Assembly: GCA_010093745.1 (NCBI GenBank) | Contig: MU005980.1 | Location: forward strand, 1 to 64,000 | Length of the DNA: 64,000 bases | Origin: Piedraia hortae CBS 480.64 | Taxonomy: Eukaryota | Reading direction: 5' to 3' | Shown here: one piece after another, positions 1 to 11,890 of the stretch | Layout: each line of letters opens with the position of its first letter | How positions within the stretch are numbered: position 1 is the first letter of the stretch | Position numbers and translations under genes: made by a program | The notes under the pieces: model-generated | What the model was told of the DNA's origin: nothing | Databases searched by the model: none | Seen by the model: only the letters and a program-made list of their open reading frames with translations

Positions 1-278
1 CATACAAATCTCTACGGAAAACTAGTTGACGCGTGAAGTCGAGAGCCGAGCGACGGTTACTAATAATGCGCGTAATATACCGCATATTCACAACACAGCT
101 GGCAAAGGCTCGTACGTGTCACGGAATCATTCCGCCATCTACACCTTACATCCTTCCTGTCCTTAGCTCCTCTCCAAGGTACTGTCGGAAGTATTTGGTG
201 TGTGATGCACATATGTGTGATTATGTGCGTGTATGTATGCGTTGAGGCGAAACTTCACATCACGCTAACCCAGGCCTA

Positions 279-403
279 GCCGCATTCACCGAGACCACAT
301 CACCGAGCACGCACAGAGCATGAACGGCACCCTGCCTCGTCGCAGGGAAAACTTCCTCCTATGGAGGTAAACATCCTGAGATGCATCGACATCTATCTAA
401 GCT
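279..403 (+). repeat. Dispersed hairpin-core repeat family, copy A
   Basis: GCCGCATTCACC...TCACCGAGCACGCA...ATGAACGG...CAGGGAAAACTTCCTCCTATGGAGGTAAACATCCTG aligns by eye with 22301-22401. The core is also shared with the copies at 2461, 9631, 58515 and 59738. Confidence 0.75.
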
Positions 404-1395
404 CGCAGATGCGACCTGGCTGTATACTATATGAGAGGGTTTACCGTATCACTGGTACAACACAGTTGTAAGACCAGTGGTGTCCAGCCCAGTTCTCCCG
501 TGACAGTATGCTAGGGAAGGCCGGAGGGGTTGTTATTGTATATACTCACGGGCTCCTTACTACAGCGCCTAAACGTATAGCGCGCGCCAGGCTACCTAGA
601 TAACCGAGGGCTGGCTCATAACCACGTCCTCCGGAGCTATGGCCACCACAATTGGAAAATCTTTCTTTCAAGACAACGCTGCGCTAGTCAGGAAGAAGTA
701 TGGAATTCATAGAGGTCTCTAACAATCTGAAGACTACGAAGGAGGGGAAACACCGTGGAAGGAAGTAAAGCCGACCAAGAAAGTGGCTGTAAAGAATCAG
801 GATGCTGTCCTCCGAAGAAAACCGCCCCAGAGGTCGCCGGGATGGCTGCGCTGGTCGCACAAACGAAGATCGTTTCGGGCATGGAAACAGCAAACACGTT
901 GCGGCTATGAATGCCAAAGACGTTGAGGCTATGGAAGCTATCATCCATGAGGGTGTCAAAAACAGTACGCCGGATCGTAAGGATGCTAAGGATGTGAAGA
1001 CCAAATCGACTGAAAATAAGCAAGAGACCCTTTAGCGTACAATCAAAGCGGCCTATGCAGGTGTGTGTGGTACTTAGGTGAAGAATGCGATACCTGGCAG
1101 GGAAACTCTGGAGGGAAAGAAGAGGGCCGCAGACAAGGACGATGAGGGTGCGAGCAAGATGGTGAAGCGGTAGTTTCCTTTTGTTGTTGAGAAGTATCGG
1201 TGCCGTACCTCGACCTGATAAAAGACTACACAAAGAAAAACCCTGTATAGCAAAATACTCAAAGAGCATAATAAAGAGGACAGTGGGGCAATGGAGTGAT
1301 ATTTGAGACTGTCTGAACAAAGAAGCTACTTGTATATAAGCTCGCTGCTGAACATCAGATGATACAACTTTGTTAAAACTCAATCTTCAGAACGA

Positions 1396-2007
1396 TTACG
1401 CTACGCAACAACCGTCTTCCAACAGACAAAGCCCCGCGAGCACGCGGAGGTACATCTTCTCCGCAGTCTCAAACTCGCGCTGGGCCTGGTAGACCTTCCC
1501 AAGGGCAAGATACATCTCCAGCAGATCAGGATGGTGCGGCTGGGTACTACACTTCCCGTTCAGTCGATCGAGAACATCATTAGACACTGAGACAGCCACA
1601 TGGGCTTGGTGGGTGGTGATATACGCTTCTGTGAGATGCAAAAGCGTTTCATTAAGATAGGTCTCTGCGGCGCCCGGGATCGTCTGCTCTGAAAGAGATT
1701 GCTCGAGGTCGTGCACTGCTTCGAGCGAGCGGCGAGGGAAGAGGTGAATCAACACCAGAGCGAGGTAGGAGTTTGCAAGGCCTGTTGGACTGCCTACGTT
1801 GGGGTTGGTTGCGCTAAGATTGGTGTGGACCTCGATGGAGGCTGAGTATATGCTGATGAGGAAGTTCCGCTCCGCTTCGGTGGAGATGGTGTTGGTTATT
1901 TAGGCGAGGGATTGGTGGAGAGTGTCTTTGTGTCAGAGGGTAGCGATGGAGGAGGAGATGTATGGCAAGATGCCCTCGCTGGTGGTGGTCGGGTCGATGG
2001 AAGGCAT
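1396..2007 (-). pseudogene. TPR-repeat (kinesin-light-chain-like) protein pseudogene
   Basis: ATG at 2007 is in frame with ORF 1396-1755, with in-frame stops TGA (1933-1935) and TAA (1900-1902). TPR-like segment LEMYLALGKVYQAQREFETAEKMYLRVL. Collinear similarity to the gene at 3146. Confidence 0.7.
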
Positions 2008-2460
2008 GCTGCGTGGATCGTGTTGGGGTTAGGTTGAAGAGGAGGGATCGAGAGCACGGAACGATTACGAGTCAATATTGCAAGGTGAATGCCCGGAGTG
2101 GAGCTCGTGAAAAGCGGCTACGATCGATAGTGAAGATATTGCGAGCACTGAGTACAGTGCTTTCGCATTCACGACGGATTGGCAATATTCCCAACCCGGT
2201 CTTCACGCGCCTGTAAGCACTTGGATGCAGCAGAAAGATTTTTAACGAAGTCGGTCAGCTAGACTGAAAGGTTCCTCCGCTTGGGTCTACCATGGAGTTG
2301 AGGAAATCTTGGTGAGGCAACCAGGAAATCGGATGGACCAAAACGGTACTTCCGAAATTCATACACTCAGGTGAAGTTTCATCAGCGACGAGTTCTCGTT
2401 AAGGGTGGGATATCTGAGGAGAATGTTATGTGAAAGCTTGTGTGCCAAGCTTGCCCCACA

Positions 2461-2592
2461 TCCCGGCACGACTCATATCGCATTCGCTGTTACGATGTCC
2501 TGCGACGTCAGCACGCCACAACGGAAACAGACTCTGTGAGGTGAAATCCTTGGAAAACCCAGCGCCGTATCTACCTCAGGCAGGCGACTGAC
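2461..2592 (+). repeat. Dispersed hairpin-core repeat family, copy F
   Basis: CCCGGCACGA...TCGCTGTTACGATGTCC...GGAAACAGACTCTGTGAGGTGAAATCCTTGG...CTACCTCAGGCAGGCGACTGAC aligns over about 130 bp with the reverse complement of 9631-9756. Confidence 0.75.
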
Positions 2593-3145
2593 AAATGATT
2601 TGAGTTAAGCCAAGCCCAACCACTCATCATCCGCGACCACATGTCATGTTGATATTCAAGCCCACTCAATACAAAGCGCCTCAAATCTACAACACACGCA
2701 AGTAATAAATGAATCGCATAAGCCAGTTGTACCCCGGGATCTGCTGCATCGATGGCTAGACACGTGGGTGGTGCTGACTGACCGCAACGAGCCCCTCGTT
2801 GGGAAACAGTTGCGTGTTCCATAGGCCATGTATTATCAAACCACTGTTACAAATGATTGACAAACTGTCTTACCTCTCGCCCAGGTCTAGCGGATCGACA
2901 TGGCTAAAATTTTGTCCGCTGTGTCCAACTGCTTGCCGACCAAATTTTAAATGCTGCCAACCTGCTTTGAACACAACTCCGCTGTATCCATTGCGAATCA
3001 TATCTCGTCTCGAGATCGTACCTACGCTTTACAAGTCCCACGAACAATACATCCATCTCGCAACACCCCGTGACCCATGAACGGTCCCGTCCGCGATATC
3101 TTTTCTCTAACGCGCACTCAATATTTCCTCCCCAACGCAACCACC

Positions 3146-4141
3146 ATGTCTTCTTCCCCGATCCAAGCTTCCTCGGGCATGGACACCCGCATGCTAATGA
3201 CAGCCTTTTCCCTCACCCTCACCTACCACGAAACCCTTCGCAACGACCTCACCGCCCTCAACGAAACCCCACCCAACAAGACCGACCTCCGCTCCCGAAT
3301 TAGCTCCAACCACACCGCCATCAACCTTTGTGCCTCCCTCCGCTCCTCCCGCCCGCGCATGGGCTCGCACGCCCTCGTAATGAGATCATACTTCACGCTG
3401 GGCTTGATCCACCGCTTCCTCAACCAATCTCTGAACGCAGTCACATACCTCGAGCGTGCCCTATCCCACTCCGGCACAATCTATCCCATATACAAGGCGA
3501 TACTCCACCACCTTATCCACGCCTACGTGGCGACGAACAAAGCCCCCAAAGTCGTAGGCCTTACCACCGCGTCCTCAACCAATTTCGGCAGCGGCATGGG
3601 ACCCAGCAGGACCGTCCCGAGATGCTGGAGGCTTTTGTGGCGTCGGGGAAAGTTCTTCAGACGATGGAGGATCTGAAGAGGGCGGGGGATTTGTACAATC
3701 GTGCGATTGTGGATTTCCATGCGGCGGGTAATCGTGCCGCCATGTTGGAGACGTCGATTTGTGTGGGACGTTTGTTTGTGCAGATGGGGAAGGTTGGTGA
3801 TGCGGGGAGGGCTTTGGGACGGGTATTGGCGATTCAGAGGGGAAGGGGGTGGGGCGGGGGGAGGCGAGGATGCTGAGGTTGGGGTTTGATTTGGGGAGTT
3901 TCGCGCTGTGAAGGTGTTTCAGGATGTGAGGGGGGTTATTGTGAAGAGATTCAGGAAAAATGGGTTGGCGTATGCGGTGGTTGGGGAATTTGTGGTTAGA
4001 TGTTGTCGTGGGCTGGGGACGCGGTGGCTGCGACTCGTGGATTTGGTGAGGCTTTGCGCAAGTTTGTGGTTCATTTCGGGCAGGGGCATGAGTTTACCCT
4101 GGGGGTTGTGCGTGCATTGCGAGATGCTAATGTGGAGATGA
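3146..4141 (+). pseudogene. TPR-repeat protein, frameshifted; paralog of 1396-2007
   Basis: The first frame (SYFTLGLIHRFLNQSLNAVTYLERAL) switches near 3560 to the frame reading YHRVLNQF...LEAFVASGKVLQTMEDLKRAGDLYNRAI. Further shifts occur around the G-runs at 3845-3910, where sequencing error cannot be excluded. Confidence 0.65.
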
Positions 4142-5287
4142 TGGGAAGGGTGGAGGAATCGGAGGGTTTAAAATCCTGACTGCAGCATGAAGTCAAGCCT
4201 CAAACGATTTCCCCGGACTCTGGGATTGCGTGGTCTTTCCGGACGACGAAGATGATAGGAGCAACGATGGAAACGGGGAAGAGTCTCATGACGCGGACGA
4301 GAGCCTACTCCAAGATATGTATGCTGGCTTTCTGTAGCTGATAGCTTGCAGTGCGTTGTGGAAGAAATGATTTTTGTCTTGAGGGGCCAATTCCAAGGCA
4401 ATTTTACTATTTTGCTAACTCTTTAGGATGATTCAGCCACAGTGCTTTAGCCCTCTGGTCGTGTTTGATCACGATAAACCATTTAATATTTTCCAGCATA
4501 AATAGGAGCGACCTCTGCGGCAACAGGAAAACAGCTATCTCCATGCTTTAAAAATGCACATCATTGTGCTCAATTGCATCTCGGTATTCACGAGACTTTT
4601 TCACATCCCATCTCATACTAATGTCTCAGGCGTACCTTTCTCAAGACCCACGGCAGTAACGTTTACAACCAACAAACAAGGCGATGCTGTAAACGAGCAA
4701 GCAACTGTAAAACGTTGGGTGGTCCACTTCTCCTTCTCGACTCTGTCTTTTTTTTCTCGCTCGTGATCCACCAGAGACTCCACGAAACTTGGGTAAAGCG
4801 ATGATATACGTCGGATGGATAAAGGCTTTGGGCCTCACAAGAATCTCCACTCATCTTTCCAGGCCGTTGGCGATGAAACACTGTAGGAGTTGTTGTGAAA
4901 TGAAGATGATGTGGTCTGGTAAAACGGGAAAAAGCCAAATTGCGCCAATCCACACCGTCCAACGTCCCGCGTCCAGACTTTACCTAAACACTCAATACAA
5001 AGCACCTCAAGCTCTACAGAACACGTCTGAAACGGATAAGTAATACGAGCTGGTCCCACATTAGAACCTGCTGCAATGAGAGCTGGGCCCGCGGATAGCA
5101 CTGTCTGACTCCACCAAAAAGCCCTTCCCAGCTAAGCAGCCGTATCCCCAATCGCCTACTAGGTATCTATCATCTCACCACAATCTATTCACTCTAACCT
5201 TTCATGATCTATTTCTCCAGACACCGCTTTAGCATCCCAAAAAGCACTCCCATGGAAGCACCACGCAGCATTACTCGTAACCCATTC

Positions 5288-7024
5288 TCACCCCCCCGTA
5301 CTCTTCCTCTCCTCCCTCTTCCTCTTCCTCATCTCCTCCCGCTCCCTGACCTTCTCCTCCTCAGCCTCCAAACCCGTCCTCGTCTCAACATGTTCCTGAT
5401 CAAGACTCTTCTTCTTCATCGCGAGCGAAGCGAGCAGCGCCGCGACCGCAACACACGCGTACACAATCCACATCGTGCTCAAACTTTGCGCAAAGCAAGC
5501 TCTCACAACCCTCCTTTTCTCGTCTGGCAGGCGATTAATCACACCCAAATTCGCACCCACATTCGCGCCTCCAAGCTGGCGCGCAGCGCCACTTCCCAAA
5601 ACCGCCTCCAGCCGCGGAGCGTAGCTGTTCATTTCATTCTGAAAGACCACCGAGCCGATAACGACAGAGCTGGAAGTCGCGAGCTGTCGCATGAATCCCA
5701 GGGTTGCGGTACCTGTTCCAATTTCTCGGGGGTCGATGTGCGCTTGTAGTGCGATCATGGGAGATTGGAACATGGGTCCCACGCCCAGGCCGGAGATGAT
5801 TTGGTAGAGGATGAGCTTGGCCCAGTTGGAGTGTTCGTTGAGGTTGATGAAGAGGCCATAGCCGATGCTGAGGAATAAGAGACCGAGATAGGTGGGAGGG
5901 AGGAAACGGCCGGTTAGGCCGATGTAGATGCCTGTCCCGATCTCGGTAATGGCGAGGCAGAGGGCCGTGGGGAGGAGGTACACGCCCGAGAGGGTGGGGG
6001 AGGCGCCGCGGACGGCTTGGAAGTATAAGGGAATATAGTAGGAGCCGGCGATGAAGACGAAGCCGTGGAGGAAGACGACGGATAGTGTGGCGAGGTTGGT
6101 GGGTTTGTGGAAGATGTGCATGGGTATTACGGGGTTGCGGGCGAAACGTGATTCCCAGATGGTGAAGAGGAGGAAGGTCAAGAGGCCGGAGATGATAAGG
6201 CAGAGGACGGTGGCGGACGTCCAGGGGTGGGATACTCCACCGTACTGGAGGCCGAAGAGGAGCATAAGTGTTGCGCCTACGACGGCGAGGCAGCCGATCC
6301 AGTCGATTGCGAGGAGACCTTGGAGGATGGGGGTGCGTGGGGTTCTTACGTCGAGGAAGAAAAAGATGATGAAGAGGACGGCACCGTCGAGAGGTAGGTT
6401 GATCCAGAAACACCATCGCCAGGATGCTCGATCGGTGAAGAGACCCCCGATTACAGGACCGACGGCGGAGGCAATGGCCCATACGGCTCCTGTGAGGCCG
6501 TAAAATGTTCCTCGACGGCGGAGGCTGAATAGATCTCCGATAACGATGTTGACGAGAATGACAAGTCCACCGCCACCGATTCCTTGGATAGCTCGTGCTG
6601 TAATGAGCATTCCAATACTACTGGACCAGCCTGCGAGGGCAGAGCCTAGTAGGAAGATGGCGTTGGCTAATAGGAGCATAGGTTTGCGGCCGAAAATATC
6701 AGAGAATTTGCCCCAAACGGGGACAGCAGCTGCATTGGCTAGTAGGAATGCAGAACCAATCCAAGTGTAACCAGACGTTGAGTGGAAATGTTCAGATATT
6801 GTCGGTAAAGCTACCACTACTATGGTTGTGTCCAACGCGGCGAGGAAGAGTGCCATTGCCAGGGAGAGCATAATAATTGTTATTTTGAGGGTGGATCTCT
6901 CTTGAGGAGCATCTTCGTCTTGTTTCTCAACGTCTTCTTGGTCATTATTAACCTTATGTCCAGATTTCCTGGAGGGACGAGATCTATTCTCTTCCTCGGT
7001 TGCGTTTGGACCTGAGTCATCCAT
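5288..7024 (-). CDS. MFS drug:H+ antiporter, DHA2 (14-TMS) family
   Basis: 578 aa intronless ORF. Motifs LFLAALDTTIV, motif A WGKFSDIFGRK, ARAIQGIGGGG and WRWCFWINLP; about 14 hydrophobic segments. Confidence 0.95.
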   Translation of the reverse strand: MDDSGPNATEEENRSRPSRKSGHKVNNDQEDVEKQDEDAPQERSTLKITIIMLSLAMALFLAALDTTIVVVALPTISEHFHSTSGYTWIGSAFLLANAAAVPVWGKFSDIFGRKPMLLLANAIFLLGSALAGWSSSIGMLITARAIQGIGGGGLVILVNIVIGDLFSLRRRGTFYGLTGAVWAIASAVGPVIGGLFTDRASWRWCFWINLPLDGAVLFIIFFFLDVRTPRTPILQGLLAIDWIGCLAVVGATLMLLFGLQYGGVSHPWTSATVLCLIISGLLTFLLFTIWESRFARNPVIPMHIFHKPTNLATLSVVFLHGFVFIAGSYYIPLYFQAVRGASPTLSGVYLLPTALCLAITEIGTGIYIGLTGRFLPPTYLGLLFLSIGYGLFINLNEHSNWAKLILYQIISGLGVGPMFQSPMIALQAHIDPREIGTGTATLGFMRQLATSSSVVIGSVVFQNEMNSYAPRLEAVLGSGAARQLGGANVGANLGVINRLPDEKRRVVRACFAQSLSTMWIVYACVAVAALLASLAMKKKSLDQEHVETRTGLEAEEEKVREREEMRKRKREERKSTGG

Positions 7025-7640
7025 GGCGATGGAAGAACATTAAAGGGGTCTATGCTCTATTTTGTTTTTTATCGACGGCGGTAAGCACGCCATAACCTGC
7101 CTTCATCTCCTTGTCATGGCCCAAAAAAAACGTCCAGAACCGGCACGGCACGAGCCGCAAGCGTCCGCTGCAGACTTCACCAACATTGTCTTTCAGTCGA
7201 GTTTTGACAGTGGAAGGAAATTCCGTCCAGTTTTCTTGGAGGACTGAGGGGTGGTTTTAGTCTGGTCGAGTGGTACCAAATATTAACATGTGATTGCTGA
7301 CGATGTGATCCTGCAGCTACAGACCACAGTCAGAATATCAGATCTTTAGTACTGGCGGTCGGGAACGTTTATTTATTAACCAGACAATCACAAAGTCCAA
7401 TCATGTTTAACTGCTATTCAACACGGTTTCAAACGTATTGCCTTCGGTCGAGTCGCAAGGACCGACAACAACACCCGCTGATGAACAGCATGCAGCGGTA
7501 TCTAGATACAGTAGACTAGACATGGCAGTCTCGTCACTGTAGCGAACTGATTGTTCCACCTTACTTTTGTTTTCGCACATCTCTTGAGATTTGAATAAAG
7601 CTTTCACAAAGTGATCTGCTGTATCCAAAGTCAAAGGTAC

Positions 7641-9169
7641 TCACCTATCCGGAACAGCCTTTAGCTTCTCCCTCCAACGCGGCCCAAACTTGACCAAAAG
7701 TGCTGTCCCGATAGCGGCCGAAAAAACCAAACAGGCAGTTACGGTGCTGAACCAGCCCACGCCCACTTGCTCAATTATCGGCAGACAGACACCACTTCCC
7801 AAGGCCGCAAAGAGGTATCGCATGAGATAGTTTCCGGCCACAACGTCTGAATGCCTATTTGGAATAGCATCCAGCAGATAGGCATTGATGCTGGTGAAGC
7901 AAAAAAGCTGCGAGATGCCCTGAACTACCATGGCTGTAGCAGGTAGTGGGATGCCTCCGATTTTCTTCTCAATCGTCCATCCATAAAGAAGCATGCAGCA
8001 AGGAGTGACGAATCCCATGGCAACCAGAGTCGAGCGGAGACGGTCTTCAGGTACTTTGACCCCATTGCGCTTCTCCTTCCATTTGCGAACGTTGTAGTCT
8101 CCGTATTTGCCTCCAAAGAAGGCGCCGAGGAGGTAGCCCACGCCGGGGGCGAGGAAGAAGAGGCCGGATTCTTGGGGAGAGGTTAAATCGAAACGCGGGT
8201 TTAGCACGTAACGAATTGGTCTGTTCTAGTATTACGAGAGATTTCCAGAAAAAGGGAATTGCCTTACGTGAGTAGGGTGTACATGTTCCAGACGAGAGTG
8301 GAACTTGCCCAGCCTGAGATCAAAACGTTTTTGTATCGCCAGACTGAAATGGATCGCCAAGGATTGCACCACAACAAAGCAAGTTTGACCTTCTGAGACC
8401 TTTCAAGGGTCTTGAAAGCATTGAGCTTCTGGGGAGGAAGCGTTTCCTTGACGAAGAAGATTATAGCGGCACAGCCGATGGCTGCAAGGCCAGACTGAAC
8501 CACCAGAATCCACCACCATTCAATATGTGCCACAATGATGCCTCCTGTGAGCGGTCCAATGGAAGGGCCGATCAGTGTTCCAATCAAGAAATAGCTGCAG
8601 GCTCGACTGCGTTTCTCTTGTGGGTAGATATCGCGCAGTATGCCTTGACCCACTGTCAAAAAAGCTGTACCTTGAAAAGCCGTTAGACATCGAAAAACAG
8701 TGAAAGACGCAAAGTTGGGAGCCAATGACGACGCGACGGAACACGCGGTGAAAAGTAGCGATGCAAGAGTTAATGTTGTCTTCTTTCCCACAGACTGTGC
8801 CATGGGGCCATAAAACACACCCGAAAGAGCCATGAACACCATGAAGAGTGCATTGGATATGTCAAATACGTCACCGCTGACGTTGTAATGTGAAGCTACT
8901 TCTGGCGCGGCAGCAAGAATGCTCGTTGAGCCGGCGGGGGCGAGGAAGGAACAATAGGACAAGACAGAAACCATTAACGCTTTCCGTCGCGATGTAAAGC
9001 GATCATAGTCAGGCTCGTCCGCAGCATGGGCACTCTCAGTCGTGGTGCCTTGGGATTCCACATCGATTATGAAAGTCGTTGAGGGCCCATGGTTTGCATC
9101 TGGAGGTTTGTTGCTGTCTCTATCCTGCTCTGTCGATTCCTCGCGCTCTGTGACCCCAGGCTCAGCCAT
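7641..9169 (-). CDS. MFS drug:H+ antiporter, DHA1 (12-TMS, Qdr/Dtr1-like); intron 8221-8267
   Basis: Two ORFs joined by a 47-nt GTAAG...ACAG intron, giving YTLLTPIRYVLNPRF. Also GTLIGPSIGPLTGG and PEDRLR motifs. Confidence 0.9.
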
Positions 9170-9630
9170 TAGTCTCCGATGTCAGTTTCAAGCAGACGGC
9201 GGCCCATCACCACCGAATGTTGACGTACGGCCGGAAATGGGGACATGACTGGCTTCGAAGCCTAGTTGGGCCCGCTTCCGATGACCTGGGTTGGTCTAGC
9301 CATCTTCGGCTTTGTGGGATGGGTTTCATCGTTACGTCCCGTTTCAGGCTGCATTCTCCGCATCGTTGACAGATGTCAGTGGGTGATGGCGATGGGTAGA
9401 ACTAAGGAATCGGTCGGGTGAGGGGACAATCCCGCGACATTTAACAAGGAATTCGAGTCTTGTTTAGAGAAATGGGAGTATCAAGACTTCTGCCTAGAGT
9501 ATGAACACACACTGGCGGTTTTCCGTAGCCCAACCGCCTTAGCCTGGAGCACTGGCTCTGAATGTGATGTCAAGAAAATTAAGCTTGCACATTAGGCTCC
9601 GATGGTGATGCCGGCGGGAACAAAGTCTAC

Positions 9631-9756
9631 GTCAGACGCCTGCCTTAGGTAGTAGGGCACCGGACTCTCCAGGGTTTTTACCTCATGGAGGATGTTTCCC
9701 CTGGAGCATGATTACGTCAAAGGACGTTGCCACAGCGATCGCGGTTCGGGCCGGGG
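9631..9756 (-). repeat. Dispersed hairpin-core repeat family, copy B
   Basis: The minus strand reads CCCGGCCCGAACCGCGATCGCTGTGGCAACGTCC...CCAGGGGAAACATCCTCCATGAGGTAAAAACCCTGG...CTACCTAAGGCAGGCGTCTGAC. Confidence 0.75.
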
Positions 9757-10226
9757 AGAAAGCCTAGAGCAGTCTTGTGGTGCAAGCCTTCTCGTGACCT
9801 CAAACCGATACCATGAAGGTACCACATACACTGTTAACTGCGTTACCGATATCGAAGTGATTTGAGTAGACCCCTCCCTCCTTTCGATAGTCCAGGTTCG
9901 AAGTATCAAGGGAGAATTAGATAAGCAAAAGTCAAACACTTCACAAACCTGAACGCGCTGGGTTAAAGTGGTGATAGCCCGGACTTGCAGCATACACTGG
10001 CTAGGTGGGAAACATAGTCGTCATACGAAACCATGTTCTCCGAGTGGCTGTGCCATCTGTCAGTTTTCACCGTCGTTGCTCGTTGCTGGATGGATGAATG
10101 TCAGGCAACCAGGCATGGAGATTAGTCAGCATCAGATTACACAATCAGATTATCTACAATTGGATCAAGGCTAGGGTTACGCCGGTCTCCAACCTCAACT
10201 GGTGACAGACAACGTGGACAGACAAC

Positions 10227-11811
10227 ATGAGCGAGCCGCAGTACCTCTCGTACCCGAAGCTGGCGATTGCGCAGTCCGTCTTCACCCTTGCTGCGCCCAC
10301 TACCAGTCTTGCAGACAAACAATCGTCGCTCAAGGCGCTCCAAGATGCAATCCGAGCAGACAAGATGGCCCCGCTGTACTCGTACCTGGCAAACCCACAG
10401 ACTGGCAAGATCAACGCGGCTCGAGAGACAACGTCATCGGCGATGAGCCCGAAGCTGTCGCGGACCAGCACGGCGGGGAGCGTAGGGCCCGAAGGATTGC
10501 AGCTTCGGCGAACCAGCAGCATAAACTCGCCCTCCATGGTCGGTGTGCTAGGCGGCGCGGCAGACTTGAGCGTCGACCTACCGTGGGATCCGGCGCTATA
10601 CGAAGAACTCAAAGCCGACAATGACCGGGAATTGGAGGCGCTCAAGGAGGCCGAGGAGAAGGCGGTAGAGCAGGAGGGCGAGACAGAGATCCAGGCAGCC
10701 CGGGCAGCTCGCGCCGAGCTGTATGCGCGTATCGGAGACCGTGAGCGCGCTCTGGATGCCTTTGAGAAACTGCTGGAGTCAACAAGCATCTTGGCGACCA
10801 AGATCGATATTGTGCTTGCCATCATTCGCATCGGTCTGTTCTTCGACGATAAGCTGTTGGTCAAGGCCAACGTGCAGCGCGCACAGCAGCTGGTTGATAG
10901 CGGTGGTGACTGGGACCGCCGTAATCGGCTCAAGGCGTACCACGGCCTTCATTTGCTGACCATCCGCGCTTACAGCGCCGCCGCCCCGCTGCTTCTGGAC
11001 TCACTGTCAACATTTACGTCGACGGAGCTGTGTCCATACTCTAGCCTTGTCGTATACGCGGCCCTGTCTGGTGCCGTGAGCTTACCTCGACGAGACTTCA
11101 AGCGCCAGGTGGTTGATGCGCCTGAAATTCGCGCCGTGTTTGGCGCAGATAGCACATCCGAACGGTTAGCAGCGTTTGGTGGCCGCCCATCGGCTGGGGA
11201 GAGCGCTGATACTGAGATGGACGGAGTAGTGACTTCCACCACCCCCCATCCTACAGCCATCAACCTGACGACTCTTGCTTCGGGCTCCGCGTCGGCAGAA
11301 GCCCAGGCCGAGGCCGAGCCGACAATAGATTTCTCTCCGCTGGCCTCCATGATCCATTCGTTGTATGCCGGCAACTACAGCAAATTTTTCACTTCTCTTG
11401 CCACCGTCGAGTCCGTGTTTCTCGCTACTGACCGCTGCCTTTACGAACACAAGCCATGGTTTGTTCGGGAAATGCGGCTCCGAGCCTACAGCCAGCTGCT
11501 GCAGTCTTACAAGGTTGTAGGGCTGGAAAGCATGGCTCGCAGCTTTGGCGTCAGCGTTCAATGGCTTGACCGCGATCTTGCACCGTTTATTGCGAGCCAA
11601 CGATTGCCCTGTACCATCGACAGGGTCAAGGGGGTGATCGAGACGGAGCGCAGTGTAGACAAGAACAAACAGTGAGTGTCCTTTACATCCGTCACTGTAA
11701 AATGCTGACCCTTTTAGATATCAGGATGTCATCCGACAAGGAGACCAGCTCATCACAAAGCTGCAAAAGTATGGCCAAATCGTGCGGCTGAGAGGCGGCG
11801 AAAGGACGTAG
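10227..11811 (+). CDS. RPN7: 26S proteasome lid subunit Rpn7; intron 11672-11717
   Basis: GGDWDRRNRLKAY, LLLDSLSTFTSTEL, PCI domain REMRLRAYSQLLQSY...IDRVKGVIET. The spliced end reads YQDVIRQGDQLITKLQKYGQ. Confidence 0.97.
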
Positions 11812-11890
11812 AGTAGGAAGTACTAATGGTGTAATTGTCAAGATAAAGCCGTGAAGCGATGCCTATATCAAAATTCAGCGAACGTCCATA

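Noticed and set aside
688..1383. 231-aa minus-strand ORF
   Set aside because: It is the antisense of a purine-rich plus strand and has no recognisable motifs. The plus strand looks like a multiply disrupted coding remnant, but I cannot identify it.
5204..6770. Several 70-280 aa ORFs overlapping the DHA2 gene
   Set aside because: Shadow or alternative-frame ORFs caused by strong codon and C/G skew. The same applies to those over RPN7, MED13, SCP160, MMS21 and the helicase.
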